Origin: Camelus ferus
Taxonomy: Eukaryota
Assembly: GCF_009834535.1 (NCBI RefSeq)
Contig: NC_045697.1
Coordinates: 37,636,001 to 37,700,000, forward strand
DNA length: 64,000 nucleotides
Direction of reading: 5' to 3'
Numbering within the stretch: the first letter of the stretch is position 1; every line of letters begins with the position of its first letter. Shown piece by piece: positions 12,786 through 24,599 of the stretch. The notes under the pieces were generated by a model. It did not search any database. It had not been told where the DNA came from and saw only the letters and a program-made list of their open reading frames with translations. The translations under genes were made by a program, and so were the position numbers.

Positions 12786-14419
12786 ATCGCCAGAAAAAGC
12801 AGTGGGGATTAGTTCTAGGACATTCATCTTCTGGCTTAGTGTGGAAAGAAACATTGTTAGCCCTGTTAGCTGAGACAGAATGAGTTGAAGCCCCCCAGGC
12901 AGAGAGGGTAACAGAAGGGCACAGCCGGGAACTCTGAGCCCATCCAGTCCAGGGGGCGTAAAGAAACGAAATTACAAGAACATACTTTTAACTTCTTGCT
13001 CTCTCTTGATCCAGCGTGGATGACCTTGGGCAAGTCATCTAACTTTTTGACTTACACTCTCATTGCCCAAAAAATAAATAAATAAATAAACTTGGGGACG
13101 TCGGGAGAAAAAAGGGTATTAGCCAAGCTGATGTATGACCAGCGGTCCCACACTATAGTGGTATTATTAATGATCACCAATGCTATCCCCAGCTGTTCCC
13201 CAGTACGATTTTACTAGTCCCACTGCTGTTTCCTGATTCGTTTCCATTCAGGAAGCTTTGAAATAATGGTTAGCAGAGGGGCACGTTGCAAAAATAAAAA
13301 TTTCTCACTCTTTTAACTTTTCCATCCACTTTAATCCCACTGCCCATCCTTCCTCTCTCCCCAACTTCAGCTGGAGTCCTGCCATTCCTGTGATCAATCA
13401 TGCTCTGGGGAGAACCTTATCCGTGGGGAGTGGGGGGTGCGGGCGGGGGGAGCTCTGGCCCAGCATGACTGCTGAGTGTGATGTCCTTTTGTGGTGCTGC
13501 TGGAAAACAGCAGTGAGGAAACAGGCCGTCATTTATCATGCGGCTTTGTAAAAGGTGCTGATAATGCAAAACAGCCAGGCCGTCCTCCAGGTCGCTCCAA
13601 CGAAGGACCGAGTCAGCTGTGGGGGGCCAAGTCGGAAAGGGAGGTTCCCGGTGTGACTTGCCCTTCTGCCAGGGATCTCTCTCCAGTCACAACTTCCCAC
13701 TTGCTGATGGAGCCTACCATTTGCCCGCTGGAGGGCTCGCGGCCTTCTGCCTCAGGGACACTGCCAGTCTGGGGCCTCGTGGGGAAGCTGAAAACTTCCC
13801 CCATTCCAGCCACTCACCGCGCGGTCCTCCGCAAGCCAGGCACACTGTTGGTGCAGGTGCTGCGGGGTGGAGCTTTTGGGGTGATGGTGGCTGTGACCCT
13901 TGAACCAAGCGCTGCGGCAGAGGAAAGGCAGCACTCTGGTTGGCCAAGCCTAGGTCACCTGCTCACTCTCTGCTGGGGGTGAGGGAACCTCAGCTCTGTC
14001 CACACCGCAGCGAAGCACATTTCCAGAGTGAAGAAAGGGGAACTGCGATAGGCACCAGAGCAACCACTGGAGTACTATCTCTGCTTCTCTGAATTCCCTC
14101 CACCCCCCATCCCAGCACCACGCCTTTGCCCAAAGGCGGCTTCAATCAATATGAGTTTACTGGCAGCAACAACAATAAAACCTTACTTGAATCCTCAAAT
14201 GAACACATGATAGAGGCCATGCAAAGGCAGAACACTATGGAAGCACTATTTCTAAAAGGGGCATTTTCTTCACCAGGTACTCACCTAAGAAGATGCCAAG
14301 CCAAGAGAATGGCATTGCTAAAACAACGCAGGCGGTGCAGCCTCTCAGCCCACTCAGCACGCTCTCTGCTTTTGACCTTTGCTGCTCTTCCCAGTGTCAC
14401 AAGGGCTCCACGTTGCTGA

Positions 14420-15900
14420 GTCCAGCGCTCATCTCTCTGCCCTCATCTGACTTGCTCTATCAGAAGCATCGATCCAGTTGATGAGATTCTTCTCCTTGAA
14501 ACCCTTTCCTTATCTTTTGGAACATCACATTTCAGTTTTCCTCCCACCTTACTGGCCTTCTTTCTCGGATTCTTTTGCTGGTTCTCCTCAGCCTCCCCTT
14601 CTGAATGTTCAGTGCCCAGGGATCCATACGTGGGTCTTTTCTGTGGATGCTCACACCCTAGGTGAGCTCATCCCATTTATGGCTTTAATACCATCCATGT
14701 GCTGTGACTCCCATGTGTATGTGTCCAGCCTAAACCCCTTCCCCGAGCCCCAGATCTTACATCTATTTTCCAGCTGATATTTCTACTTGAATGTTGAAAA
14801 GAACTCTCCAACCTATCCCATCTAAAACTGAGCCCCTGATAGCTCTCCATCTCCTACTACCAAAAAGAATAATCCAAATGTCTTTCCTCCAATTATCTAG
14901 TCACTTGGGCAAATCCTTTCCTGACTCCTCTTTCTGCTGCACTTCACATCTTGTCTATCAGAAAATTCTATAGGCTCTAACCTTACAAATATATTCAAAA
15001 CTGAACCCCCACTCCACTGCTACTACCTGACTCTTAAGACGTCTTTTTTTTCATTGAAGTATAGTTGATTTACAATACTGTGTTAGTTTCTGGTGTACAC
15101 CATAGTGATTCAGTTATATATATATATTTTTTCATATTCTTTTTCATTGTAGGCTATTACAAGATGTTGAATATAGTTCCCTGTGCTAAACAGTAGGATC
15201 TTGTTGTTTATTTATTTTATATATAGTAGTTAGTATATATATATACACACACTACAACTTACTTATCCAGTCATCTGTTAATAGGCACTTAGGTTGCTCC
15301 CATATTTTGTCTGTTGTAAATAGTGCTGCTGTGAACATTGGGGTGCATGTGTCTTTTTGAGTTAGAGTTTTCTCTGGATATGTGCCCAGGAGTGGGATTG
15401 CTGGATCATATGGAAACTCTACGAGGTCTTCTTGTTTATGCCTTTGTCTCCTATCCCATGCTCATCTTCATGGCCTAGTCTCAACATGCTAACCACACTG
15501 ATTCCACTAAAACATTAATCAGATTGTGTCAATCCTCCAAAACCACAGTGGCCTCAGAGTAAAAGCTAAGTCCTTATTATGACCTAGGTGGGCCCTTGTG
15601 ATCTACCTCTCACTTGCCTCACCCACTTTACCTTCTGTTAATTACACCCTTACTCCCTCTGCTCCGGCTGCTCCACCTCCTTCCTCAGATATTCTAGGCA
15701 TGCTTTCACCTCAGGACCTTTGCACTTGCTCTTCCCTCTTTCTAGAGAGCTCTTCCTCCAGATATCCACATGGTTCCCTCCTCAACTCCTTTCGGTATTT
15801 ACTCAAAAGTCACCTTCTTAGACAGGTTTTTCCCTGGAAATCTTGTCCAAAATTCAATACCCTCCTGTTCTTATCCCCCTCCCATTCTTATTGTTTTCTC
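14420..15900 (+). mobile_element. L2 ORF2/3' region, interrupted by L1 at ~15043-15420
   Basis: CT-rich L2 motifs: CTAGGTGAGCTCATCCCATTTATGGCTTTAATACCATC, CCTCAGGACCTTTGCACTTGCTCTTCCCTCT, CTCAAAAGTCACCTTCT. Confidence 0.75.
15043..15420 (-). mobile_element. Young L1 3' end, antisense, with internal deletion
   Basis: TTTTTTTTCATTGAAGTATAGTTGATTTACAATACTGTGTTAGTTTCTGGTGTACA...CCCAGGAGTGGGATTGCTGGATCATATGG. Confidence 0.85.
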
Positions 15901-15914
15901 TCTTCCTTTTGTCA

Positions 15915-16070
15915 TTATTTAATATTTTATAAATATATATTTTATATATATTTTTTATATTTATATATTTATATTTTATATATATATATATTTTTATACT
16001 ATAGTCAGTAGACTATATACATATAAAAATATACATATATATATTTTTTTTTTATACTATAGTCAGTAGA
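15915..16070. repeat. AT-rich low-complexity tract with a 22-bp direct duplication
   Basis: TTTTTATACTATAGTCAGTAGA at 15991-16012 and 16049-16070. Confidence 0.85.
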
Positions 16071-16194
16071 GTGGTCTTTCTCATAAGGTTTATTGAAGGG
16101 GGATTCTTACTAATAATTCTTACTAAGATTCTTACAAGTCTGTGTCATTATCCAGAAACTTGGCACACAAATGTGAGCATTCACATAATTCATT

Positions 16195-16410
16195 CTTTTT
16201 TAAAAAACTAAGCTATAATTGACATATAACATTAATTAGTTTCAGGTGTACAACATAATGATTTGGTATTTGTACCCATTGCAAAATGATCAACACTATA
16301 TAAGTCTAGTTAACGTCAATCACCTTATCTCGTTAAACACATTTTTTTCTTGTGATGAGAACTTTTAGGATCTCCTGTCTTAGCACCTTTCAAATATGCA
16401 ATAAAGTAAC
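16195..16410 (-). mobile_element. L1MA-type 3' end, antisense
   Basis: ATAATTGACATATAACATT...TTTCAGGTGTACAACATAATGATTTG...GATGAGAACTTTTAGGATCT...TTAGCACCTTTCAAATATGCAATA. Confidence 0.8.
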
Positions 16411-17149
16411 AATGTTCTTACATTCTTCTTAGTTATTTTCTCTTGTGCACTATGTCTTCTCCCACTGCATGAGGACAGGGCTATCTGTGTTTGCTTGAAT
16501 CATTAATATCCTCTCAGGACCTACAATAGTATTTTCATATGAAAAAGGAAAGTAAACAAAATAGTGTAATTGTCCTTTGAAACCCATGCTCTATATTTAT
16601 TTGAGTATAACTCCTAACTAAATTCAGTCCTTGGACAGGATGGTTTTCCAAGTCTGGAGGCCCATTTTCCGTCTAGAGGAAGCCAGAAAGATTTTCTATC
16701 CATGCCATTTACTAGCTCAGAAGTTTCCATAGCATCCCATCGCCTTAAGGGAGCAAGTGCATCCTTCCATCATCTATATCTTTCCAGTTTTATCTCCTGC
16801 TGTCAGTGCTATGCTTGTCTTCTCCAGCCAGACTAGTGTATCCACTACTTCCCCCAATGGCCGTGAGCCACTCTTCCTCCATATTCTTTCTCATTCCTTT
16901 CTCCCATCTGAAACACCCTCCTTCATCTCCTCTATCCAGCTGTGCAGACCCACCCCATCCATCATGGCCTCTTTCCTTCTCCACTTGCTGAAATCCAACT
17001 AATCTTTCGACTCGCATCATGCCTCCTTTAGAAAGGCTTCCCTTAATACTCAAGATGGAATGAAATGCTCTCTATCTATTAAGTAACTAGTAATGTTCTC
17101 TATAGCATTTTTTCCCAACATTATTCCAGGTCATGTCCCAGCACCAGAG

Positions 17150-17400
17150 TAGAGCAGTAAAGTGAGGGTCCACAGCACAGAGTCAAGAGCTTAAGTGTAT
17201 TGATTCAAATCTAGGTTCTGTCACTCACTGGTTCTATGACCTCGGGAAGCAATGTAACCTATCCATGTCTCAGTTTCTTTCTCTATAAAATGAAGACCAC
17301 TGTAGTACCTATCTTACAGAGTTTCATGAGGATTAAATACATTCATATGTAAAATATTTGGAAGAGTGTCTCTACTCTTGAGCGTTTGCTACTAGTGTTG
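17150..17400 (+). mobile_element. MIR
   Basis: TTCAAATCTAGGTTCTGTCACTCACTGG...TCTCAGTTTCTTTCTCTATAAAATGAAG...GAGGATTAAAT. Confidence 0.75.
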
Positions 17401-19614
17401 CTACTGGTGGTGGTGGTTGGCAGTTCATTTTCATTCCACTTGATTTTGGGAGTACAACAAAACAGTTGGATTTCTTTCCAGGTGTTTAAAATATATACCT
17501 TAATTTTATTAAGCAACGGGTGCCTCATTTTTCCCCCTTTCTTTCTCAATTTGAAGGTACAGGTGAGTTAAATCCATTATAGGGCATTCTCAGCACTGTG
17601 AACAATTTCACTGGTTTCTTTTCTGCATATACGATGTACAACCATAGTGCAAATGTAACATTGAGCTGAGTTGGATACAACTCTTATTTATTGAACTACC
17701 CCCCTGTGAGGAACAGAAAGATAAAGACAAGCTCCTTCCCTGAACCACTATCTACAGAACCACTGTCTCTTCAGGAAGATCAACATAGATGCAACTCACT
17801 TCCCAATATCTACTGTATGCCACATAGTCTGCGGTTCTTTTATTTCTATCTTAAGATTTCAGCTTTTCTCAGCCTCCTATTCACGTCTTTTTTTTTTTTT
17901 ATAATTTTGAAATCCAAGATGCATTAGTTCATTTGAACCAGTCTCTTGCTTTAATGTGGGGACACAAGATGTTAGTTGTAATCTATTAGTGCCTAATGAA
18001 ATTGTTTTTGAAACCCTGCCCATTAACCTTTAACCCTGAGGCCCGTGCATAGTTTCCTCATTCATTAAATGATTCACTCACTTACCAGTGGTATTTATGA
18101 GTTCTTGGCCCAGCTTGAACCTTCCTGGCCTAGTCCAGAGACTGGGGAGTTTCCAGAATGATCCTCTCAGGCTTCTCTGGAGACACATCTCTGGCTGCCC
18201 CATTTGTCTCCCGCCTCAATTCACTCCCTTCTCCAGGAACTACAGTTGTCTCTGGTCCTCACTGTGGTGGTTATGCAGCTTTGCACTTACTTTTATAGAT
18301 GTTTAATCAGGTGTGCAGGTGAAAAGATGAAAAGTGAAGGGTAGATGTTTCTAAATATTTCTTCAGAAAACAAATTCTGTAATATTCAGTCTAGCCTCTT
18401 ATCTTCCCCAGAGGCTCTGGCCTCAGCATCTCCTTTTCAGCGGCAGCCCAAGACACTGATTCCTTGAAGGTGAAGCCTGAAACGACAGCTTAATACCCAT
18501 GAAATTGTTTTTTCATGCCTATTAGTGTCCTCACTCTTCATGCTGGATAAACAGGCTCAGAAGTGGTTTATATGCCAGGTTGTTTTCCTTCTGAAAGATG
18601 ATCCTTAAAGTAACTTCAGAAAACAGAAGGGCAGCTCTAGAGATGAAAAAAAAGGAAGCCATGACTATGTTTAAAAGCCTTTCCATAGCTAAGATGCTGT
18701 TCACAGAAGCTGTAAAATAATCTTCCACCAGTTACTAACTTTAAAGTAATTGAGAACAATAGGACTTACAAGAAAAAAGAATGCCTCTGAGGGTAGTGTC
18801 ATGGGTCATTTTCCTGAAGGTAGTTGAGATGAAACAAAAAGTACTCCATAGCCTGATATGGGCCACTTCAGGAGATAAAACTCTGAGTATTTAACTCTTG
18901 AAAGGGACAGAGAGTTAGCAAATAATGGCATGGATGAGAACGGTTGTGGTAATGGCTCATTTTCCTGAAAAATCAACAAGACTGGCCAAGAAAGAATGGA
19001 CCTTCCATATTGCTTTGGAAATCCTCCAGTACGTAAGTTTCACCTTTACAATATCTTTGTAATCCAGGGTCAGGGACTGTGGGTCAGCTTTCCCAAATGC
19101 ACTCAATGCCCTTGATCACAAAGGGAAGGACCCACACAGTTTAAGATTCTAGCTTGGAGAAGTTGGATGGAAGACTAGAAGACACACTAAAACCCATTTC
19201 AGGAAGCTGGAAAGATGGCCTTTCCCAGGGAGGCTATGACCACGCTAGAATCCCAAGTGTTTTGGTGGACAGAGCCCTGGCTTTTATTCAGGTACAGGGA
19301 TCCCCTGCTTTCTGAGAGTTCACTTTACTCCACTTGGCTTTTATGGAAGACCTACATTAGTATCTGCTTTATTTAACCAAAAGAAATCCACAAAGGATTT
19401 TCAGTATTACAAAAAAAATAAAAAAGGCAAAAAGTGAAAAGACCATTCGGCGTTGGTTTTGCAACAGCCGTTGTAGAGGCAGCGTGCACCTGAGCAGTGA
19501 GAGCAGCACCGCCAAGCTCCCTCCCCAGGATCTACACTCAGCATCTCAGCACCCAGCCTGCCATAGCTCTGAGCTGTGTCTGTGAGCATCGGTGTTTCAT
19601 CTCGATTTATTCTG

Positions 19615-19722
19615 TGCCTCCGTTAGCAAGACGTATTCTAAGGTAATTGCTTCTTTATGCCATTTCAGCTTAGGAAACGTTTCATAGGAACCTCGACTTT
19701 CCAATAGTAGGGGGAAATTTTG
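19615..19722 (-). mobile_element. Tc1/mariner (Tigger-type) MITE terminal fragment
   Basis: GGTAATTGCTTCTTTATGCCATTTCAGCTTAGGAAACGTTTCATAGGAACCTCGACTTTCCAATAGTAGGGGGAAA resembles a Tigger-family terminal segment. Confidence 0.45.
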
Positions 19723-19799
19723 AACACTCCAATAAAATGGCTATAGCATTTACAAAAGATTGGAGGACGCCACGTGATTCTCCAGGCCAAGGACTACCA

Positions 19800-20225
19800 C
19801 TGGGCTATGAAGTTCAATCAATGGCCACAAAATAAGAGGAATAAAGAAGGATATGAAATCTCTAAGCTCAAGGAGATAAATGAGAGAGATGAGACCTTCA
19901 GAGGCAGACAGAAAAGCAGAAGCTGCAGGATCTCCATTTACGGTTCTCAGAAAAACAAAGTTGCGTCAGACAAGACTGAATGACGAGAGGGTTTGACAGC
20001 AGGTTCCAAGGAATACACAAAAGGGAGGCAGGAGGATGGTTCTTGTTGAAGAAGGGTTTTCTGGAACGTCATCAAAGAGGACCCTATCTAATTAGTCAGA
20101 GCCTATCAGAGACACTCGTGAAAAGAAGCTTAAAACCAACACTCATTAAAATGAAGGTCAGATTCTTCGGTCTCAATGAAAGGTACGGGGACCTTTGTCA
20201 GAAGGTAATTCAAGGTGCTCTTTAC
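19800..20225 (+). mobile_element. Very old L1/HAL1 ORF1 remnant
   Basis: A-rich purine strand with ORF1-like GAGGCAGACAGAAAAGCAG...CATTTACGGTTCTCAGAAAAAC; highly degenerate. Confidence 0.4.
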
Positions 20226-20934
20226 TGAAAAAAAAAAAAAACTGGGTGAGATGCTGACATGAGAGCATAGAAGTACTTCTCCCCAATTAAAATAAAAATA
20301 GAAGGAAAACCAGCTGTGTCAGTGTCTTTCTCTTACCTTATTTTATCTTCTCAACAATATGTGAGGTTATAAAAAAGGAAACAGAGGCTCAGGGAAGCAA
20401 AGCAGTTTTACCAGTGTTACCTAAATAGGAAGTTTCCACCCCAAATTTAAATCTGGAATTGAACGTTTCCAGGGTCCTTCCTGTTTCTGCAGCACACTGC
20501 CTCCGTATGGGCAGCGGTCTCTGTGTGGATGAAAGAGGAAAAAGACCAAGATAATGCTTGAAAGAGGAAAGTATGAGGTCTTTCTGTGAATGATTTGTAT
20601 CAGAGAAAGAAACTACGGATGGAGATAGAAAATCCTCTCTTGGAACCTCAGAGCCGGTTACATAAGCACCAGCTGGATACTGGGGATGAGGTATTAAATG
20701 TGCAATCACTCTTCTGCAGACCTGAGAAGCGCTCAGCCAGAAGGCTAGTGATCAGCACGGACTCTTGAGGGAAATCACTGCATCCCAGTTACTGACAGAC
20801 ACCTAGTCTAGACACATCTCTTACTGAGGATAAGTAGCATGGAAAAAAAATCAACTTGAGACTCACAGGAAAAGTATTGAAAAATCAAGATAAAGGGAAT
20901 AGGAGATTGACAATACAGGGGTCATTCTTTAGAG

Positions 20935-21152
20935 CAGGAGTGGCAAGCTTTTTTGTAAAGGTCCAAATGGTAAATTTTCTAGGTGCTGCAGACCATACTG
21001 TTTCTGTCACAATCACCAGCTCTAAGGAAAGGCATGAAAACTGTCACAGACAACACGTAATGAAAGGGCGTGGCTGCGTCCTGATAAAATGCTATTTATC
21101 AAAACAGACGGCAGACCAGATTTGGCCCGTGAGCTGGAGTTGCCTATCTTTG
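20935..21152. mobile_element. hAT-Charlie MITE (MER58A-like)
   Basis: CAGGAGTGGCAAGCTTTTTTGTAAAGGTCCAAATGGTAAAT...AGATTTGGCCCGTGAGCTGGAGTTGCC; degenerate 8-bp flanks CTTTAGAG / CTCTAAAA. Confidence 0.8.
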
Positions 21153-21317
21153 CTCTAAAAATAAGGAAATTAAGGAATATAAATGATCAATAAACATTTG
21201 AAAAATATTCAGTTTAGTAGGATTCCAAAAATTACACATCTAAACAGCAATGCAATTGTTTATCAACAAACAAGTGACAAAATATTTTTCAAGAAGTTAT
21301 TGTTAGAAGAGGTTCAG

Positions 21318-21657
21318 GAGCCACTGGTGCTGCGCTGAGACGCTTCAAAGCCTTATTAAGAATGTCTGGATCCCCATGAAGCCCTACTATACCCGAGTTT
21401 ACCAGGAGATTTGGGTAGGAGTGGGGTTGTTGGGCTTCATTGTTTATAAAATTGGGAGTGCTGATAAAAGAAGTAAAGCCTTGAAAGCTCCCAGTCCTGC
21501 ACCTGCTCATGGTCACCATTAACCAGAGTTATGCGGATAGAACGTCAGTCTGGCCGTGTTGGTTGGGAACGTGAGACATCGCGTTGACTTGTGGACATGC
21601 CGCTGCCCTCATGCATGAATAAACATACCTGTGAGAACCACGCAAAAAAAAAAAAAA
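21318..21657 (+). pseudogene. ATP5MJ: Processed retrocopy of ATP synthase membrane subunit j (6.8 kDa mitochondrial proteolipid, ATP5MPL/MP68/C14orf2)
   Basis: 21340-21522 translates without stop or frameshift as (ACG)[59 protein letters not shown]. Intronless; AATAAA 21618-21623; A14 tail 21644-21657; TSD-like AGAGGTTCAG (21308-21317) / AGAGATTCAG (21659-21668). Confidence 0.93.
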
Positions 21658-21769
21658 GAGAGATTCAGTAGGATGATTTTATATACTTCTGACAAAAGTA
21701 TAAATAGGTATAATTTAGCTTAAAATTATTTGTTGTAGAAAATTATGTGTATATGTGTAATATATATGT

Positions 21770-22205
21770 ATATTATGTTAAGTGAAATAAGTCACAGAGT
21801 GAAAGACAAATATTGTATGATATCACTTTTATATGGATTTTTAAAAAATCAAACTCACAGAAACAGAGACTAGAATGGTGGTTACCAGGGCCTGGGGGTT
21901 GGGATAAATGGGGAGATACTGATCAAAGGGTACAAACTTTCAGTTTTAGGACGACTAAGTTCTGCAGATCTAATGCACAGCATGATTATGGTTAACACTA
22001 TATTGTACACTTGAAAGTTGCAGGGAAAGTAGAGATCAAACATTTTCACCACAAAAAAGGCAATTATGTGAGGTGATAGATGTGTTAACTAACCTTATTG
22101 TGGTAATCATTTCACAATATGTATGTATATCAAATCATCACATTCTACCCCTTAACTTTACACAATGTTATATGTCAATTATATCTCAGTTAAGCTGGAA
22201 AAAAA
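21770..22205 (+). mobile_element. L1MA-type 3' end
   Basis: ATGTTAAGTGAAATAAGTCACAGAGTGAAAGACAAATATTGTATGAT...GGTAATCATTTCACAATATGTATGTATATCAAATCATCAC...TCAATTATATCTCAGTTAAGCTGGAAAAAAA. Confidence 0.85.
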
Positions 22206-24334
22206 CATACACGTGCATATATATGTGCCAATTTTATAAATATGTATTTAAACTGTATAAGATAAAGGCAGGGCAACAATCATAAAACATTAACAGTGAG
22301 TTAGGATATAAGAATATAGGAGCGTGCATCTTTTTCTTTCTGTATTTGAATTTTTCTACATAAACATTTTGTAATCAGCAAAAAGTTTTAAGATACAAAA
22401 GGAAACTCATAGGTTTTTGAGGCAGACCTGATCTGAAAGCTCTGTTACACTCTAGCTGATGATATTGAGCAAATTACTTTATATCCTTTGACTCTCAATT
22501 TTCTCATTAAAAAAAGGAATTTAATTACATTTACTTCCCATAAGTTTTTCAAGGAGTTCATATATATAGAAAGCATCTGGCATATATTAGTTTCTCAATA
22601 AATATTAGTTACACTTTTGGGAAGATACAAATCTGGGATTGCACAGAAAAGGCTGAGAGATTAGGGAATTTGGGAATGATCGTTGTAAAAGTTTTGAAAG
22701 TTGAAGTGTGGGACGGCCAAGGGAGTTTTTGCTCATGGTGGGGGGAGCAGGTCAGGAGGGAAGAGACAGATGGAGAGTGAAAGAGAAGGAGACAGAAAGA
22801 GGGGAGAGTGGGGTGGGAGAGGAGAGAGAGAGAGAAAGGGAGGTTGACTCTTGTTTCAGAGAGATTTCTGTGAGTAGTGGGTAATGGATGTTTTTCCTTG
22901 TCAGGATTCAGGGGACTGTAAAACAGTTTCAATCAGGATCTGAGACAGAACTGCAGGAAGAAAGCACTCTGGTTTCTTTTCTGAACACAAGAGCTGAAAG
23001 AACAACCTTTCCTTCGAGGGAAACCAGCCAAGAGGCCCTGGGGATTAGGGGCCAGGGCCAAAGTCAGGGTTGAACACAACAGAACGCTCGGACAGCGAGC
23101 TTGGCGAACAGGTGCGCCTTGCGAGGAAGGTGGTGGCTGCATCACGAAGCCCACCGCTGGGAGTTTGTTCCCTAAAAGTCCCACAGGCTGCAGAACTCCT
23201 TGACGAGCCTCGGGTCGCAGTGGAAGCACTCAGGGAGGTGATGGAGGAGAATGGGAGACAAGAAGCAAGGAATACCAGAGAGACACAGTGAGAAAGGACT
23301 CGTCTCTCCCAGCGAGGTCTTTGGAGGGGAGGAAACTCCCACATCGCTGTTCAGGTCACCAGGGTATCTTCCGCTGACAGAGCCCCTGAGAAGACACCAG
23401 AGAGGCGTCAGCAGCAGTTGGGCAAAGAGTTCCTCAAATGTGCCTTGCTCTTCTCTCCGAGCACCCCATGAAGTGCATCTTCACATTAGAAGCACTTCCC
23501 AAATTCTCCTTGTCTTGTCTCTTCCCAACATTCCTGCCCCCACCCTACACCCCACTAAACACACAGGGATGCGTACATGCATGTGCACACACGTCTGCTC
23601 TTTTGGCTGACTCCTTTTTTAAACCTTTATTTCTCAGCGTTGGCACCCCTGTCTCTGACCTCCAGGAGGGTTAGCTGTGGCTTCTAGAACCGTACGCTGA
23701 AACCCGTGTGGCCCTCGTTGCTCTGCAGTGGTATCGCCTGCATGTTTGTCTATCTCACTCACCAGATTGTGGTGTGAAATTTGAGGACAGAGATGCTCTC
23801 TCGTGGTCCTGGTTGCCTTAGGTTCCCAGCACAGCATCTGGCTCACTAATGTAGCCGGTCTTCTCTTACAGTCACTTTGGCATGTCTCCTTCACCAGCAT
23901 GCCAGCAGCTCCCCTTGGTGCTTTAAGATCCGACTCCTAGCACACGAGGCACAGTGATCTCATGAGTCATAGGGTGAGAAGCACAGGGGAGCCGCAGGCA
24001 GCAGAGACCTGTACATAATGGCGCATGATGCGCTTGGGCTGTGGCAACAGAGAGGACCAGAGCTGCAAAACAATTGCACAATTTCAGTCTAACTCACCTT
24101 CTGTCAGTCTTCCCCTGTGTCTCACGTTCCTTGCAATATAGTAAAGCATTTGCCAAAGACTGGGGAGAGATAAGTGTACAAAATCTGTCTACCAATCTCC
24201 AGTTTGACTGCTTGTTCTTGCTCTCCATACAATCTTGAATGTAAACCTGTAGTCTCTCTCTCCTTGGCAATAGTCGGCAACCCATTCTTGGTAGAACTGT
24301 GGACATGATGCCCTAGTTTGTAAGGAAATCAGAA

Positions 24335-24565
24335 CAATAACTACTATTTACTGAGTGCTTACTCTAAGTCATGTCCTGTGCTAAATGTTTTACATACATT
24401 ATTTCATTTAGTCCTCCAACAAAACTCCGAGATGAACATTATTGTCCCAATTTTGCAGATGAAGAAACTAATGGAGTTTGAGTAAGCTGTCCAAGGTCAA
24501 CATCGAAAAAGTGTTATAGTCAGGATTTGAAAGAAGTCTTTCTGTCCTGTCTAAACTGTACTGCC
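24335..24565 (-). mobile_element. MIR, antisense
   Basis: CTACTATTTACTGAGTGCTTACT...ATTTTGCAGATGAAGAAACT...CCAAGGTCAACA...GGATTTGAA. Confidence 0.75.
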
Positions 24566-24599
24566 AAGAATTATGGATAAAAGGGACTCACTAGAGATC

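Noticed and set aside
13491..13982. 163-aa ORF with several overlapping ORFs
   Set aside because: Open frames on both strands reflect high GC; no domain or splice structure recognised.
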